64,000 nucleotides of DNA from an uncultured Acidobacteriota bacterium (GCA_963836075.1 CAWIIB010000009.1:1280001-1344000), one strand, 5' to 3'; positions 10,493-19,953 are shown, counted from the stretch's first letter. Numbers and translations: made by a program. The notes: generated by a model not told the origin, from the letters alone.

Positions 10493-11134
10493 ATGGATGT
10501 ACAGAAAACTTCAGGCCCTGCACCCGGGGAAGCGGTGGAAATCTGGGTGGTTGAAGCCAACGAACTGCTGCGGAATTCGCTGGAGGATGTGATCAGCCGG
10601 ACGGAGGGAATGCGCTGCCCGCTGGCGGCCAACTGCTGTGAAGCGGCGATCAGGGCGCTGGAAGCCGGTGAAGCGCCGGACATGGTGCTGATGGATATCG
10701 GCCTGCCCGGGATGAGCGGTGTGGAGGGGGCGCGGCGGGTTCGCGCCCTCTCCCCGTCAACCAGGGTGATCATGCTGACCCTTCACGAGGACCATGCGCA
10801 CCTCTTCGATGCACTCTGCGCCGGGGCTTCCGGCTACCTGTTGAAGCCGGCGTCCCGGGCCCGGGTGGTGGAGGCCATCCGCGAGATGTGCCACGGTGGT
10901 ACGGAAATCAATGCTGAGGTGGCCCGCCGAGTGCTGGGCATGCTCACCGAGCTGGAAGCACCGCCAGAGCAGATCGGACTGTCGGATCGGGAAGTGAAAA
11001 TCCTCCAGCTCCTGGTGGAGGGACTGCCACGCAGCAAGGTGGCCGAGAGGATCCTCCGTAGCGAGCAGATGGTCAACACCCACATTCGCAACATCTACGC
11101 CAAGCTGCAGGTAAACACCGGGGCCGGTCATTGA
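10493..11134 (+). CDS. Second NarL/LuxR response regulator, paralog of 8028..8708, possibly degenerate
   Basis: Long near-identical stretches with the first regulator (MRCPLA..CCE, LMDIGLPGMSG, CAGASGYLLKPAS, HIRNIYAKL). The acidic pocket reads VEAN and the C-terminus is shortened. Confidence 0.85.
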   Translation: MDVQKTSGPAPGEAVEIWVVEANELLRNSLEDVISRTEGMRCPLAANCCEAAIRALEAGEAPDMVLMDIGLPGMSGVEGARRVRALSPSTRVIMLTLHEDHAHLFDALCAGASGYLLKPASRARVVEAIREMCHGGTEINAEVARRVLGMLTELEAPPEQIGLSDREVKILQLLVEGLPRSKVAERILRSEQMVNTHIRNIYAKLQVNTGAGH

Positions 11135-11162
11135 AGAAGGAGACCCGGCGGCTGATGGTTGC

Positions 11163-11260
11163 TTATTCCGTCCGGCCCTCGATGGTGCAGTCCGCCGAAT
11201 TGGAGGAGCCCGCCGCCGGGTAGGGCGGCTGGTTGTCAGGCGCGGGCGTGGCGGCGGAAC
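11163..11260 (-). pseudogene. Orphan remnant of the NQPP C-terminal domain
   Basis: Hand translation of the minus strand gives SAATPAPDNQPPYPAAGSSNSADCTIEGRTE-stop (TAA at 11165-11163). Not in the ORF track. Confidence 0.7.
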
Positions 11261-11341
11261 ATTTTATCGTTCGCTCTCCTGTCGGATACGTCGAAGGTGC
11301 TGGTCGTTGAGAGGTCAATCCGCTCGCCTGGGTCCGCACTG

Positions 11342-11374
11342 AAAAAGCCGCACCGGAATCGAACCGGTGCGGCT
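11342..11374 (-). terminator. Intrinsic terminator of the 11406..13187 gene
   Basis: AGCCGCACCGG-N7-CCGGTGCGGCT hairpin followed by a T-run on the minus strand. Confidence 0.75.
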
Positions 11375-11405
11375 GTATTGGCGTTCCGTGCGAACAGGTC
11401 CGCTA

Positions 11406-13187
11406 CTAAAGGGAGCCCTCCACGGTGCTGGTGCTCTCCCCGGTGTCGCCTGCCGGCGGGTAGGGCGGCTGGTTGTAGGGCGCCGGTGTAACGTCCTCGG
11501 CGACAATGGTGAATTCTGTCAGCCCGTTAAGCGCTCCGAGAGCCGGCAGGTTCTGGCTCCAGGAGGTGACGTAGGTGGCTCCTGCCGCGATGTTTGCATA
11601 CCCGGCCCGCCAGGTGGCGATGAATCCGCCTCCGGCAAGGTCGATGTCGATGTGGGCGGCCATGCGGCGCGTCAAACCGGGATAGGTGTTGGTCAGGGTG
11701 ACGGTTATCGTTGTGGCGAACGGCAGGATTCCCATGTTCGGGGTGCAGTCGATTCCGGGGATGACCGTCGACACGGCCGGGAAGCCGCCAAGCAGGCCGC
11801 TGCTGTCCACCATCTGGGCGTAGACATCGTTGTTGCCCCAGCGGTGGTCGGTCCAGACGAGGATGGCGCCGTCGGCCCCGTCGGCGATGAGACGGGAGGA
11901 GGCCTGGATCTCCGGGCCCACCGTGAACGGCACGCCGGCGGCGGCCCAGAGGGTTGTTCCGGATGAGTCGATCCGCTGGCCGTAAATGTCGTAATCGATA
12001 CTGTTTCGGAAGTCCCGCCAGGTAATCACCGCGCCGCCGGTTCCGCTGCTGACGATCTGGGGGAAGCCACTCTGATCGCCGGCCGCGGTGCAGACCGGGA
12101 CGCCGTCGACCGTCCAGAGCGCCGTGCCCGCCGGGTTCAACCGCTGGGCGTAGATGTCGTAGTCGGTCCCGCGGTTGTCGGTCCAGGCGATGATGGCTCC
12201 GTTGGAGCCGTCGCTGATGATATCGGGATCGACCTGCTCGTTTGCCGCAGCGCACAGCAGGACGCCATTGGCGGTCCAGAGCGGGTTGCCCGCGGCAGTG
12301 ATCCGCTGGGCGTAGACATCGTGCTGCAGGCTGTCGCGGTAGTCATACCAGGTACAGATGGCGCCGCCGGCGGTGGTGGCGATCAGACGGGGTGCCGTCT
12401 GGGAACTGACCGCCGTGCAGGCCCCCACGCCGTCCACCGCCCAGACCGGAGAACCACTGGAATCGATCCGCTGGAGGTAGATGTCGAAGGAACTGCTGCG
12501 AAAGTCCTCCCAGGCCACGATGACCCCGCCGGCCCCGTCACTGACAGCTTCGGGAGCGGTCTGGTTGCCGGCGGCCGTGCAGACCGGTACGCCGTCGGCC
12601 GTCCAGAGCGGGGTGCCCGAGCTGTCCACCCGCTGGGCGTACAGGTCTTCGGTCCCGGAGGCCCGGTAGTCCTTCCAGATGATGATCACCCCGCCGGCGC
12701 CGTCGAGAACGATCTGGCTGTCCTGCTGGGAACTGGTCTCGGTGCAGACCGCCACACCGTTGGCTGTCCAGAGCGGTGTGCCGCTGCTGTCCAGCCGCTG
12801 GACGTAGATATCGGAGTTCGTCGCCCGGTAATCGTTCCAGGCGATGAAGGAGCCACCGGCCCCGTCTGCCACCACGGCCGGGCTTTCGGCAACGGTGGTG
12901 GCCGTGGTGCATACGGCCACGCCGTTTGCGGCCCAAAGCTCCATGCCTTCGTCATCCAGACGCTGGGCGTGGATATCGGAGGTGCCGATGCCGTTGCGCT
13001 GGTCGGTCCAGGCGATGATCGCGCCGGACGAACCGTCCCCGACCATTGCCGGCAAATACTGGTGGTCGTCCAGCGTGCAGACCGGTGTGTTGGCGATGGG
13101 CTGATCCGACCACTGGGCCGTGGCCGGCCAGGTGAAGGAGATAATTATCAGCAGCGAGAACCATGTGAAAGCAGCGGGGAATCTCAT
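11406..13187 (-). CDS. Secreted repeat (probable beta-propeller) protein with conserved C-terminal NQPP domain
   Basis: Signal peptide (..PATA-QW), about seven DG.GGAII.W.D.R...DIYAQR.DSSG..LW..NGV.VCT repeats, C-terminal EDVTPAPYNQPPYPPAGD domain. Confidence 0.85.
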   Translation of the reverse strand: MRFPAAFTWFSLLIIISFTWPATAQWSDQPIANTPVCTLDDHQYLPAMVGDGSSGAIIAWTDQRNGIGTSDIHAQRLDDEGMELWAANGVAVCTTATTVAESPAVVADGAGGSFIAWNDYRATNSDIYVQRLDSSGTPLWTANGVAVCTETSSQQDSQIVLDGAGGVIIIWKDYRASGTEDLYAQRVDSSGTPLWTADGVPVCTAAGNQTAPEAVSDGAGGVIVAWEDFRSSSFDIYLQRIDSSGSPVWAVDGVGACTAVSSQTAPRLIATTAGGAICTWYDYRDSLQHDVYAQRITAAGNPLWTANGVLLCAAANEQVDPDIISDGSNGAIIAWTDNRGTDYDIYAQRLNPAGTALWTVDGVPVCTAAGDQSGFPQIVSSGTGGAVITWRDFRNSIDYDIYGQRIDSSGTTLWAAAGVPFTVGPEIQASSRLIADGADGAILVWTDHRWGNNDVYAQMVDSSGLLGGFPAVSTVIPGIDCTPNMGILPFATTITVTLTNTYPGLTRRMAAHIDIDLAGGGFIATWRAGYANIAAGATYVTSWSQNLPALGALNGLTEFTIVAEDVTPAPYNQPPYPPAGDTGESTSTVEGSL

Positions 13188-13456
13188 GTGTTGTTTTCCT
13201 CTGGAAAGTGCCGGATCTCCGGATTGGAACGGGAACGAGCTTCCTGACTTGCGGAAGATCGCGTTTCGCTGTTCATCAGTGGGAATGGAATCCCCTTTGA
13301 TGGCGTCGTATGATCCAGAAAAAAACAGAATAGCTGAAACGAATTTCTGAACGGATTTCCATTCGAATATGGAAACACTATATACCCTACGAAGTTCATA
13401 GGCAATTAAAAAACCCTATGATATTAAAATAAAGATCGGATGATGATATCTGGTTT

Positions 13457-14032
13457 TCACCCCACCTGGCGGTGGCGGAAACAGTCGGTGGTGTGGTCGT
13501 TGACCATGCCCACCGCCTGCATGAAAGCATACATGATGGTGGGGCCTACGAAGGTGAAGCCGCGCTTTTTCAGGTCGCGGCTGAGCGCTTCAGCTTCCGG
13601 AGTTTTTACGGGGATTTCAGCCATACTCTTCCAGCGGTTGCGGATCGGCTTGCCGCCCACAAAGGCCCAGAGGTAGGCGTCGAAGGAGCCGAACTCCTTT
13701 TGCACCTTGAGATACGCCTGTGCGTTGGCCACCGAGGCCCGTATCTTCAGCCGGTTGCGGACGATGCCAGGGTTGGCCAGCAGGGAGGCGATTTTCTTCT
13801 CGGTGTAGCGGGCCACCTTCCGCGGGTCGAAGTTGTCGTAGACCGTGCGGTATTCGGCGCGCTTTTTAAGGATCGTATCCCAGCTCAGCCCGGCCTGGGC
13901 CCCCTCGAGGATCAGCATCTCGAAGAGGTGGCGGTCATCGTGGTTGGGCAGGCCCCACTCCTCGTCATGGTAGGTGATGGCCCGTTCGTTCGCAGCCCAG
14001 CTGCAGCGCTTGATGGTGTTCTTTGCCGTCAT
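13457..14032 (-). CDS. tag: DNA-3-methyladenine glycosylase I
   Basis: RCSWA, YHDEEWG, LEGAQAGLSW, IVRNRLKI, FVGPTIMYAFMQAVGMVNDH...C. Confidence 0.95.
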   Translation of the reverse strand: MTAKNTIKRCSWAANERAITYHDEEWGLPNHDDRHLFEMLILEGAQAGLSWDTILKKRAEYRTVYDNFDPRKVARYTEKKIASLLANPGIVRNRLKIRASVANAQAYLKVQKEFGSFDAYLWAFVGGKPIRNRWKSMAEIPVKTPEAEALSRDLKKRGFTFVGPTIMYAFMQAVGMVNDHTTDCFRHRQVG

Positions 14033-15054
14033 TCCTCGCTCTCCATCCAGAAGTGGCGGAAGTCCGCCCACTCCTGATGGTCGGTGACCCAGTTGGCGTA
14101 GACGGCCACCCCGGTGAAGGCGCCCCCGCCGGTACCCTCCTTCTCCAGCCCCCGGCGCACGCCCAGTGCGCCGTTGGCCATGTTCTCCACCAGCGGGTCC
14201 GAGGCCGGGCTTCCCTCTTCATACGAGGGGATACCGATCAGCACCTGGTGGCCCGGGTAGGCCGAGGCCCAGCGGACCAGCAGGCGGGTCTGGTGGCCGA
14301 GGAAGGCCAGGTAGTGTTCGGCGGTATCCAGGCTGGTGTCATACCCCATCAGCACCGTCTGGTCGGTCCGGGCCATGGTTTGGCGGTAGAAATCGCCGGA
14401 CCAGAAGAGGCGGTCCATGAACCCGAGGGATATGCCGAAGGGGCCGCTGCGCCGGGTGGCGTGGCTGAGGACCGCATCCGGGCCGAGGCGCTGCTTCACG
14501 GCGGCCAGCAGATCGAGATAGCCCGGGTGGTGGTCCAGCAGCGGTTCGAAATTGAGGTGCACGCCGTCAAAGCCGGCGGCCATCATCTGATCCACTGTCT
14601 CGAGAAAGCGTTCCACCCACCGCGGGTCCTGGAGGTCCAGCTTGCCGGTGAGTGAGCCCAGCCAGGCCAGGTGAACCACTTCCGGGCTTTGTGCCATCAG
14701 CCGGCCCAGCAGGGGCGAAGGGGAGTCCTCGATACTGCCGTCGGGCAGTACCGGGCCCACGTGGATGTAGATGTAGCGGATGCCATGCCGGCTGACCGTC
14801 TCGGCCATGGCGTCGAGGTCGGCGTCGGTCACCGGTTCTCCGCTGCGGACCGAAACCCCGGTGAACCACTTGTGTCCGGCCCAGAGGCCGTTGAGCCCCT
14901 GGTCGAAACGGGCTTCAGTTTCCGGGCGCGGCTCCCAGACGACCCAGAAGATGGCAGCGGAGAGGATGCCCAGCAGGAAGGCGGCGGTCATGGCTTTCAA
15001 CGCCAGCCTCAGGAACCGTCCGCGCTCCGTATTCCTGGTCGCTCGGCGGTTCAT
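14029..15054 (-). CDS. Membrane-anchored GH18-like TIM-barrel protein
   Basis: N-terminal TM, GFDGVHLNFEP (variant of the GH18 DxxDxDxE motif), LMGYD. Translationally coupled to its neighbours. Confidence 0.6.
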   Translation of the reverse strand: MNRRATRNTERGRFLRLALKAMTAAFLLGILSAAIFWVVWEPRPETEARFDQGLNGLWAGHKWFTGVSVRSGEPVTDADLDAMAETVSRHGIRYIYIHVGPVLPDGSIEDSPSPLLGRLMAQSPEVVHLAWLGSLTGKLDLQDPRWVERFLETVDQMMAAGFDGVHLNFEPLLDHHPGYLDLLAAVKQRLGPDAVLSHATRRSGPFGISLGFMDRLFWSGDFYRQTMARTDQTVLMGYDTSLDTAEHYLAFLGHQTRLLVRWASAYPGHQVLIGIPSYEEGSPASDPLVENMANGALGVRRGLEKEGTGGGAFTGVAVYANWVTDHQEWADFRHFWMESEE

Positions 15055-16442
15055 GGTGCCTCCTCCCCGGCCAGCAGCCGGGCCGCTTCCGGGGCCAGGG
15101 TTTCGGCAATCACCCGGTGCCCCTCGCTGTTCCAGTGGCTGGCCACCCAGTAGCTGTCAAACTCGCCGGTATAGGCGCTCTCCGTTTCCAGGTAGGGGAT
15201 GCCCAGCTCACTCAGGATAGCACGCAAGCGGCGGTCCGCGTCCAGGTTCTCCTGGTCGGCGTTGAACACGGCAAGCTGGGCCCCGTCCTCCCGCACCAGG
15301 CAATCCAGGTCGCGGAGCAGCAGCCCGGTCACTGCCCAGGCCTCCTCCTCGTCCACCTCCCCGGTCGCCACGTGGCCCAGGGCCACCTGGCGCAGCAGTG
15401 ACTCCACGAAGATCAGGGTGGAGGAATGGCGGAGCAACGGGCCCGAGGCCAGGCCGGTACCGCTCTGGTCGGGCACCGGCACGTTGGTCAGCAGCAGCGT
15501 CGAACCGTGGCGGATGAAGCAGGGTTTGTGCCCCCGCCAGTAGCGGTCTCGCACGTTGAACGGCACATCGTTGCTGCAGAACTGCAGCAGCACCAGGTCG
15601 GGACTGCAGCCCCGGCCGTAGTGCACATAGGCCAGCAGTTCCTGGTCGGTGGAGAAGCCCCCCACGCCGAGGTTGATCACTTCCAGCGGGCCCCGGGGAG
15701 CCAGCAGCCGGGCCAGCCGCGCGGTGTAGGTCTCGTCTTCGTTCACCGTGTAGGCTTCGGTGTGCGAGTCGCCGAGACAGACGATCCTTCTCACGCCCGC
15801 CGGTTTCTCCTCCGCGGGAAGCACGGTGCGGAAGCCATCCAGGCTGATTTCCTCACGGGAGGTGAACAGCTCGTTGTCCCGCTCCACCACCAGGCCGGGC
15901 CGCAGTTTCCAGCCCAGTTGCGGGTCGTGCACCGCGAAGAGGTTGTTGTGCGAACGTCCGGGCAGGATAAAGGCGCCGATGAACAGGTCGAGGAGCAGGA
16001 AGAGGACAAGGTAGATGACGATCAGCGCCGCCTGGCCCCGGAATCTCCCCCGGTCCGCCCTGCGGGACCGGACAGCGGATTTGACGGTGAGGAGGACCAG
16101 CCCCACGGCCAGGCCGGCGGCAAAGGGGCCCCGGTGGCCGCCGAATCCCACGACCGCCGCGACCAGCGCCAGGAGCGCCAGGGGGACAAAGCCCACCCGG
16201 CGCAGGATGGGCCGGGTCAGTTCCAGCAACAGCTCCCGCCAGGAGGAGCTGAAAAAGAGGCCGGTCCAGACCAGCCCGGCCAGCAGTGCCAGCAGGCGGA
16301 AAGGGCCGGTGCGGCCGGTGGCGATCAGCTCCGCGGCGGCGGAGATTGCCGGGAAGAGGGCCGGGGCAAGCCAGGCCGCCAGAACCACCAGGCGCAAAGG
16401 CCCGTTCTCGGTCGGTGCTGGCTGGTCTTTACCCAGGATCAT
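15051..16442 (-). CDS. Membrane-bound SGNH/GDSL hydrolase family protein
   Basis: Several N-terminal TMs, then LGDSHT, NLGVGGFSTDQE, FCSND and HWNSEGH blocks. Confidence 0.8.
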   Translation of the reverse strand: MILGKDQPAPTENGPLRLVVLAAWLAPALFPAISAAAELIATGRTGPFRLLALLAGLVWTGLFFSSSWRELLLELTRPILRRVGFVPLALLALVAAVVGFGGHRGPFAAGLAVGLVLLTVKSAVRSRRADRGRFRGQAALIVIYLVLFLLLDLFIGAFILPGRSHNNLFAVHDPQLGWKLRPGLVVERDNELFTSREEISLDGFRTVLPAEEKPAGVRRIVCLGDSHTEAYTVNEDETYTARLARLLAPRGPLEVINLGVGGFSTDQELLAYVHYGRGCSPDLVLLQFCSNDVPFNVRDRYWRGHKPCFIRHGSTLLLTNVPVPDQSGTGLASGPLLRHSSTLIFVESLLRQVALGHVATGEVDEEEAWAVTGLLLRDLDCLVREDGAQLAVFNADQENLDADRRLRAILSELGIPYLETESAYTGEFDSYWVASHWNSEGHRVIAETLAPEAARLLAGEEAP

Positions 16443-16606
16443 CTGAGCCCCATACGGCGGATGCGGGTGGCGACGCTGGTGCGGTGAAAGGAAAAATTGT
16501 ACTGGGCGGGGGGCCCGGATTCAAGCGGGTTGGCATTGCGGCCCGGGGGCCGGTTTATTACAATGCCGGCTCGCTGTTCGGATGGACCGGAACTGGAAAT
16601 CAAAGG

Positions 16607-17164
16607 ATGAGCACCATGAACAAGGAACTGCTGGAACTGTGGCCCGAAATAGAGTGGATCGAGGATAGTGAACTGCGGGAGAAAACCGCCCGCACCTGGG
16701 AACTGGCCCTGGAGCGCAGCGCGCTCACCGGCGAGGACCTGAAAGAGATCCCCTTCACCCTGCTGGTGAAGGAATGCCCGGCTTCCTTTATGGACCACAA
16801 GCGCTGCGTGGTCCACATCTCCCGCGACTCGGCGAAAGCGATGCAGGCCTTCTTCGGCGACAACCTGCCGATCCACATGGACACCGTGATCGCCGGGGCG
16901 ATCCTGGCCGATGTGGGCAAACTGCTGGAGTACGAGCTCAAGGATGGCAAGTCGGTGGTGGGGATGACCGGCAAGTATCTGCGCCACCCCTTCACCGGTG
17001 TGGCCCTGGCCATGGAGTGCGGGGTTCCCGAGGCGGTCTGCCACATCATCGCCGCCCATGCCGGCGAGGGGGACAAGGTGGTGCGCACCACCGAGGCCTA
17101 CATCGTCCACCACGCCGACTTCATGAGCTACGAGCCGTTCCGCACGGCTGACAAGTGGAAGTAG
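16607..17164 (+). CDS. HD-domain-like (HDIG) phosphohydrolase
   Basis: DHKR, ILADVGKLLEY (HD reads AD), LRHPF, HIIAAH, VHHADF. Confidence 0.75.
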   Translation: MSTMNKELLELWPEIEWIEDSELREKTARTWELALERSALTGEDLKEIPFTLLVKECPASFMDHKRCVVHISRDSAKAMQAFFGDNLPIHMDTVIAGAILADVGKLLEYELKDGKSVVGMTGKYLRHPFTGVALAMECGVPEAVCHIIAAHAGEGDKVVRTTEAYIVHHADFMSYEPFRTADKWK

Positions 17165-17254
17165 GCGGCAGTTCCTGTCATTGCGAGCCGCCGACCCGCT
17201 GGGGCAGCGGGAGATATGTAAAAGAAACAGTTCCTTGTACAGTTAGGCTTTCAC

Positions 17255-17430
17255 GGTCCTGGCAGCAATGACCGGCGGCACATTGGAGCACTGTTGCCCG
17301 CTTGCGAGCCTGGTTCCGGGGTAGGAGAAGGTCTGATTGGTGAAGCTCCGATTCTGGTTAGGCGCCCGAACGAAGCTATCCCGTTTAAGAGATTACTCGA
17401 CGATCTCCTCCGGGCCAGGGCCAGAAGTTA
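17255..17430 (+). ncRNA. Putative IS110 bridge RNA
   Basis: The non-coding left end has a 5' stem-loop (GGCAGCAATG...CATTG...TGTTGCC), TTGCGAG (17302-08, left target + core), GCTCC (17345-49, reverse complement of the right target) and TTAAGAG (17385-91, left donor + core). Boundaries approximate. Confidence 0.6.
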
Positions 17431-17453
17431 ACCACCACACAAGGAACTGTCAG

Positions 17454-18842
17454 ATGAAGGATAGCAAGAAGAAGCGAGAGAAGTCACGGTCAAAGATGAA
17501 GAAGCTGGACGAGACGATGGAGCAGGTCAACCCTTCGGCGGCTGGTATCGACGTGGGATCCCGCAAGCATCTGGTGGCGGTATCACCGGAGCGGGATGAG
17601 CAGCCGGTTCGTTCGTTTGACTGCAAGACACCTGACCTGCATGAGATGGGCCGTTGGCTGACCAGTTGCGGCGTCACGACAGTAGCGATGGAGAGTACCG
17701 GGGTCTACTGGGTCCCGGTGGCCAATGTGCTGGAGCAGCATGGGCTGGAGGTGGTACTGGTGGATGCCCGCCAGTCCAGGAACGTGCCGGGGCGGAAGAA
17801 GACGGACGTGCTTGACTGCCAGTGGATCCGGAAGCTCCATGCCTACGGTCTTCTCCAAGGCGCCTTCAGGCCCGAACGTCAGATCCAGACGTTGCGGGGA
17901 TACTGGCGTCATAGAGCAGGTCTGGTGGAATCGCGTTCCACGCAGATCCAACTGATGCAGAAAGCACTGGAGCAGATGAACCTGCAACTGCATAAAGTAC
18001 TCAGCGACATTGCCGGCGTCACTGGCATGAAGATCCTCAGGGCCATCATCGACGGTGAGCATGATCCACAGGTGCTGGCCAAGATGAGGCACAAGCAAGT
18101 GAAGAGCAGCGAGGATGAGATCGTCAAGTCGCTGACCGGCGACTACCACGAAGAACAGTTGTTCATCCTCCAGCAGGCCGTGGAGCTCTACGATCATTAT
18201 ATGGAGAAGATCGCGGCCTGTGATGCCGAGCTCGAACGCTACCTGTCAACATTGGAGAGCAAGGGTGATCTGGCCGCCTATGACGGTAAAGCCCAGACCA
18301 GCCGTCGAAAGAACCAGCCCTGCTTCGACCTCAGGCAAGAGCTCTATCGCATCAGTGGTGTTGACCTGACCCGGATCGACGGCATCGATGCACTGACTGC
18401 CCAGACAGTGATCAGCGAATGCGGTATCAACATGAACCCGTTCCCCACGGTTAAGAACTTCTGTTCGTGGCTCGGCCTGAGCCCGAACAACAGGATAACC
18501 GGAGGGAAGATCAAGCGACGTGGGACACGCAAGGTGGTTAACCGGGCATCCACCGCGCTACGACTGGCGGCCCAAAGCCTCCACCGCAGTAACTCATACC
18601 TCGGTGCTTACCTGAGGCGGATGAAGGCCCGCATCGGGCCTCAAAAGGCGACAACTGCAACCGCTCACAAGCTGGCCCAGTTGATCTACCGGATGCTCAA
18701 ACATGGAATGACGTTCGTGGACCAGGGACAAGAGCTGTTCGAAAAGCAACATCAGGAACGATACCTGAAAGCTGTGAAAAAACGTTTGAAAGCAATCGGA
18801 TACGACCTCGTAGCGACAGACACCGGGGTTGTTGTTTCTTAA
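17454..18842 (+). CDS. IS110 family transposase (DEDD recombinase)
   Basis: GIDVGSRKH, AMESTGVYW, KKTDVLDCQW, IDGID, WLGLSP.NRITGGK, ATAHKLAQLIY. Confidence 0.95.
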   Translation: MKDSKKKREKSRSKMKKLDETMEQVNPSAAGIDVGSRKHLVAVSPERDEQPVRSFDCKTPDLHEMGRWLTSCGVTTVAMESTGVYWVPVANVLEQHGLEVVLVDARQSRNVPGRKKTDVLDCQWIRKLHAYGLLQGAFRPERQIQTLRGYWRHRAGLVESRSTQIQLMQKALEQMNLQLHKVLSDIAGVTGMKILRAIIDGEHDPQVLAKMRHKQVKSSEDEIVKSLTGDYHEEQLFILQQAVELYDHYMEKIAACDAELERYLSTLESKGDLAAYDGKAQTSRRKNQPCFDLRQELYRISGVDLTRIDGIDALTAQTVISECGINMNPFPTVKNFCSWLGLSPNNRITGGKIKRRGTRKVVNRASTALRLAAQSLHRSNSYLGAYLRRMKARIGPQKATTATAHKLAQLIYRMLKHGMTFVDQGQELFEKQHQERYLKAVKKRLKAIGYDLVATDTGVVVS

Positions 18843-18942
18843 GAGGAGCCCGCAGGGCGACGAAGCAATCTCTCTTCAGGCATTCAAGTGCCGGGGAGAT
18901 CGCCACGTCGCCCTGCGGGCTCTTCGCGATAACAGAGAGGGA

Positions 18943-19953
18943 TCAGCGGCAGAAGGTGCCGGAGCGGCCGTTGGCGGCGAGGGAGCGCACTTCATCTTCA
19001 CCGAGGCCGAAGGACTCGATGGCCAGAAGATACTCTTTGGCAATGTTGGTGCCCGACACGGTGGTGTTGTCGGTGCAGAGGGTGCAGGGAACCCCGTATT
19101 CGAGGAAGCGGGGCAGGGGGTGGTCCTTGATGTCGGTTATCGCCCCGGTCTGCAGGTTCGAGGTGAGGCAGCACTCCACCATGATGCCGTCGTCGGCCAG
19201 CCGGCGCAGCAGGGCCTCGTCCCTGCCGGCGCTGGTGCCGTGGCCGATGCGGTCCGGGGCCAGCAGTTCCACCGCCTGCCAGATCTTGTCCGGCCCGTCA
19301 GCCTCGCCCACGTGTACCGTGCGGTGGAGGCCCATTTTTTTCGCCAGGGCGTAGGCATCGGTGAAGAGGATCGGGGGGAAGGGCCGTTCAGGCCCGGCGA
19401 TGTCGAACCCCACCACCCCGGGGCCGCTGTGATACTGCTCCATCTCGCCGGCGATCTCCCGCAGCAGGATCTTGGCCATGTTGCCGCCATGGTTGCGCAT
19501 GGCGATGATCACCAGGCCCAGGGTCATCTCCGGTTGCTGCTCGCCGAACTCCTTGAGGCCGGCCAGGGTGGCGTTGATCACCTGGCGGGTGGTCAGGCCG
19601 GCCCGGCGGTGGATCAGCGGGTTGACCCGCAGCTCCAGCAGCCGCACACCTTCGTGCCAGGCATCCTCGGCGATCTCGTAGGAGATGGTGCGGATGTTGC
19701 CGTAAAACTGGGTGTACTGCAGCGGCACGTGGAACTTGTCCAGGTAGTCCATCAGCGTGCTGTCTTTCTTCGGGTCGTAGCGCAGCATCCGCTGGAAGCC
19801 GTGGAAATCCATGCCCGGGATGGCTTCGTAGTAGCGCTCGGAGAGGTCCCAGAGGGTGGAGGGCCGTATCGAACCGTCCATGTGCCGGTGCAGGTCGCCC
19901 AGGCCCAGGGTGCCGAGAAACTCCAGCCAGCGCGTCCTCTCCTTGTCGGTCAT
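18943..19953 (-). CDS. Adenosine deaminase family protein
   Basis: DLHRHMDGS, GFDIAGPE, TVHVGE, RIGHG, ECCLTSN, CTDN. Start at ATG 19953 overlaps the upstream stop. Confidence 0.88.
   Translation of the reverse strand: MTDKERTRWLEFLGTLGLGDLHRHMDGSIRPSTLWDLSERYYEAIPGMDFHGFQRMLRYDPKKDSTLMDYLDKFHVPLQYTQFYGNIRTISYEIAEDAWHEGVRLLELRVNPLIHRRAGLTTRQVINATLAGLKEFGEQQPEMTLGLVIIAMRNHGGNMAKILLREIAGEMEQYHSGPGVVGFDIAGPERPFPPILFTDAYALAKKMGLHRTVHVGEADGPDKIWQAVELLAPDRIGHGTSAGRDEALLRRLADDGIMVECCLTSNLQTGAITDIKDHPLPRFLEYGVPCTLCTDNTTVSGTNIAKEYLLAIESFGLGEDEVRSLAANGRSGTFCR

Larger units (their letters stand above)
17185..18845 (+). mobile_element. IS110-family insertion sequence (long left end, almost no right end, GAG core at both junctions)
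   Basis: Junctions gtcattgc-GAG-ccgcc and gtttctTAA-GAG-gagccc, no terminal inverted repeats, lower GC than the flanks, one transposase gene. Confidence 0.9.
17175..18935. repeat. Palindromic intergenic repeat (CATTGCGAG...GAAGCAATC family) split by IS110
   Basis: Joining 17175-17187 to 18846-18935 restores a 40-bp imperfect inverted repeat with 6 mismatches. An uninterrupted relative lies at 49593-49690. Confidence 0.8.
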
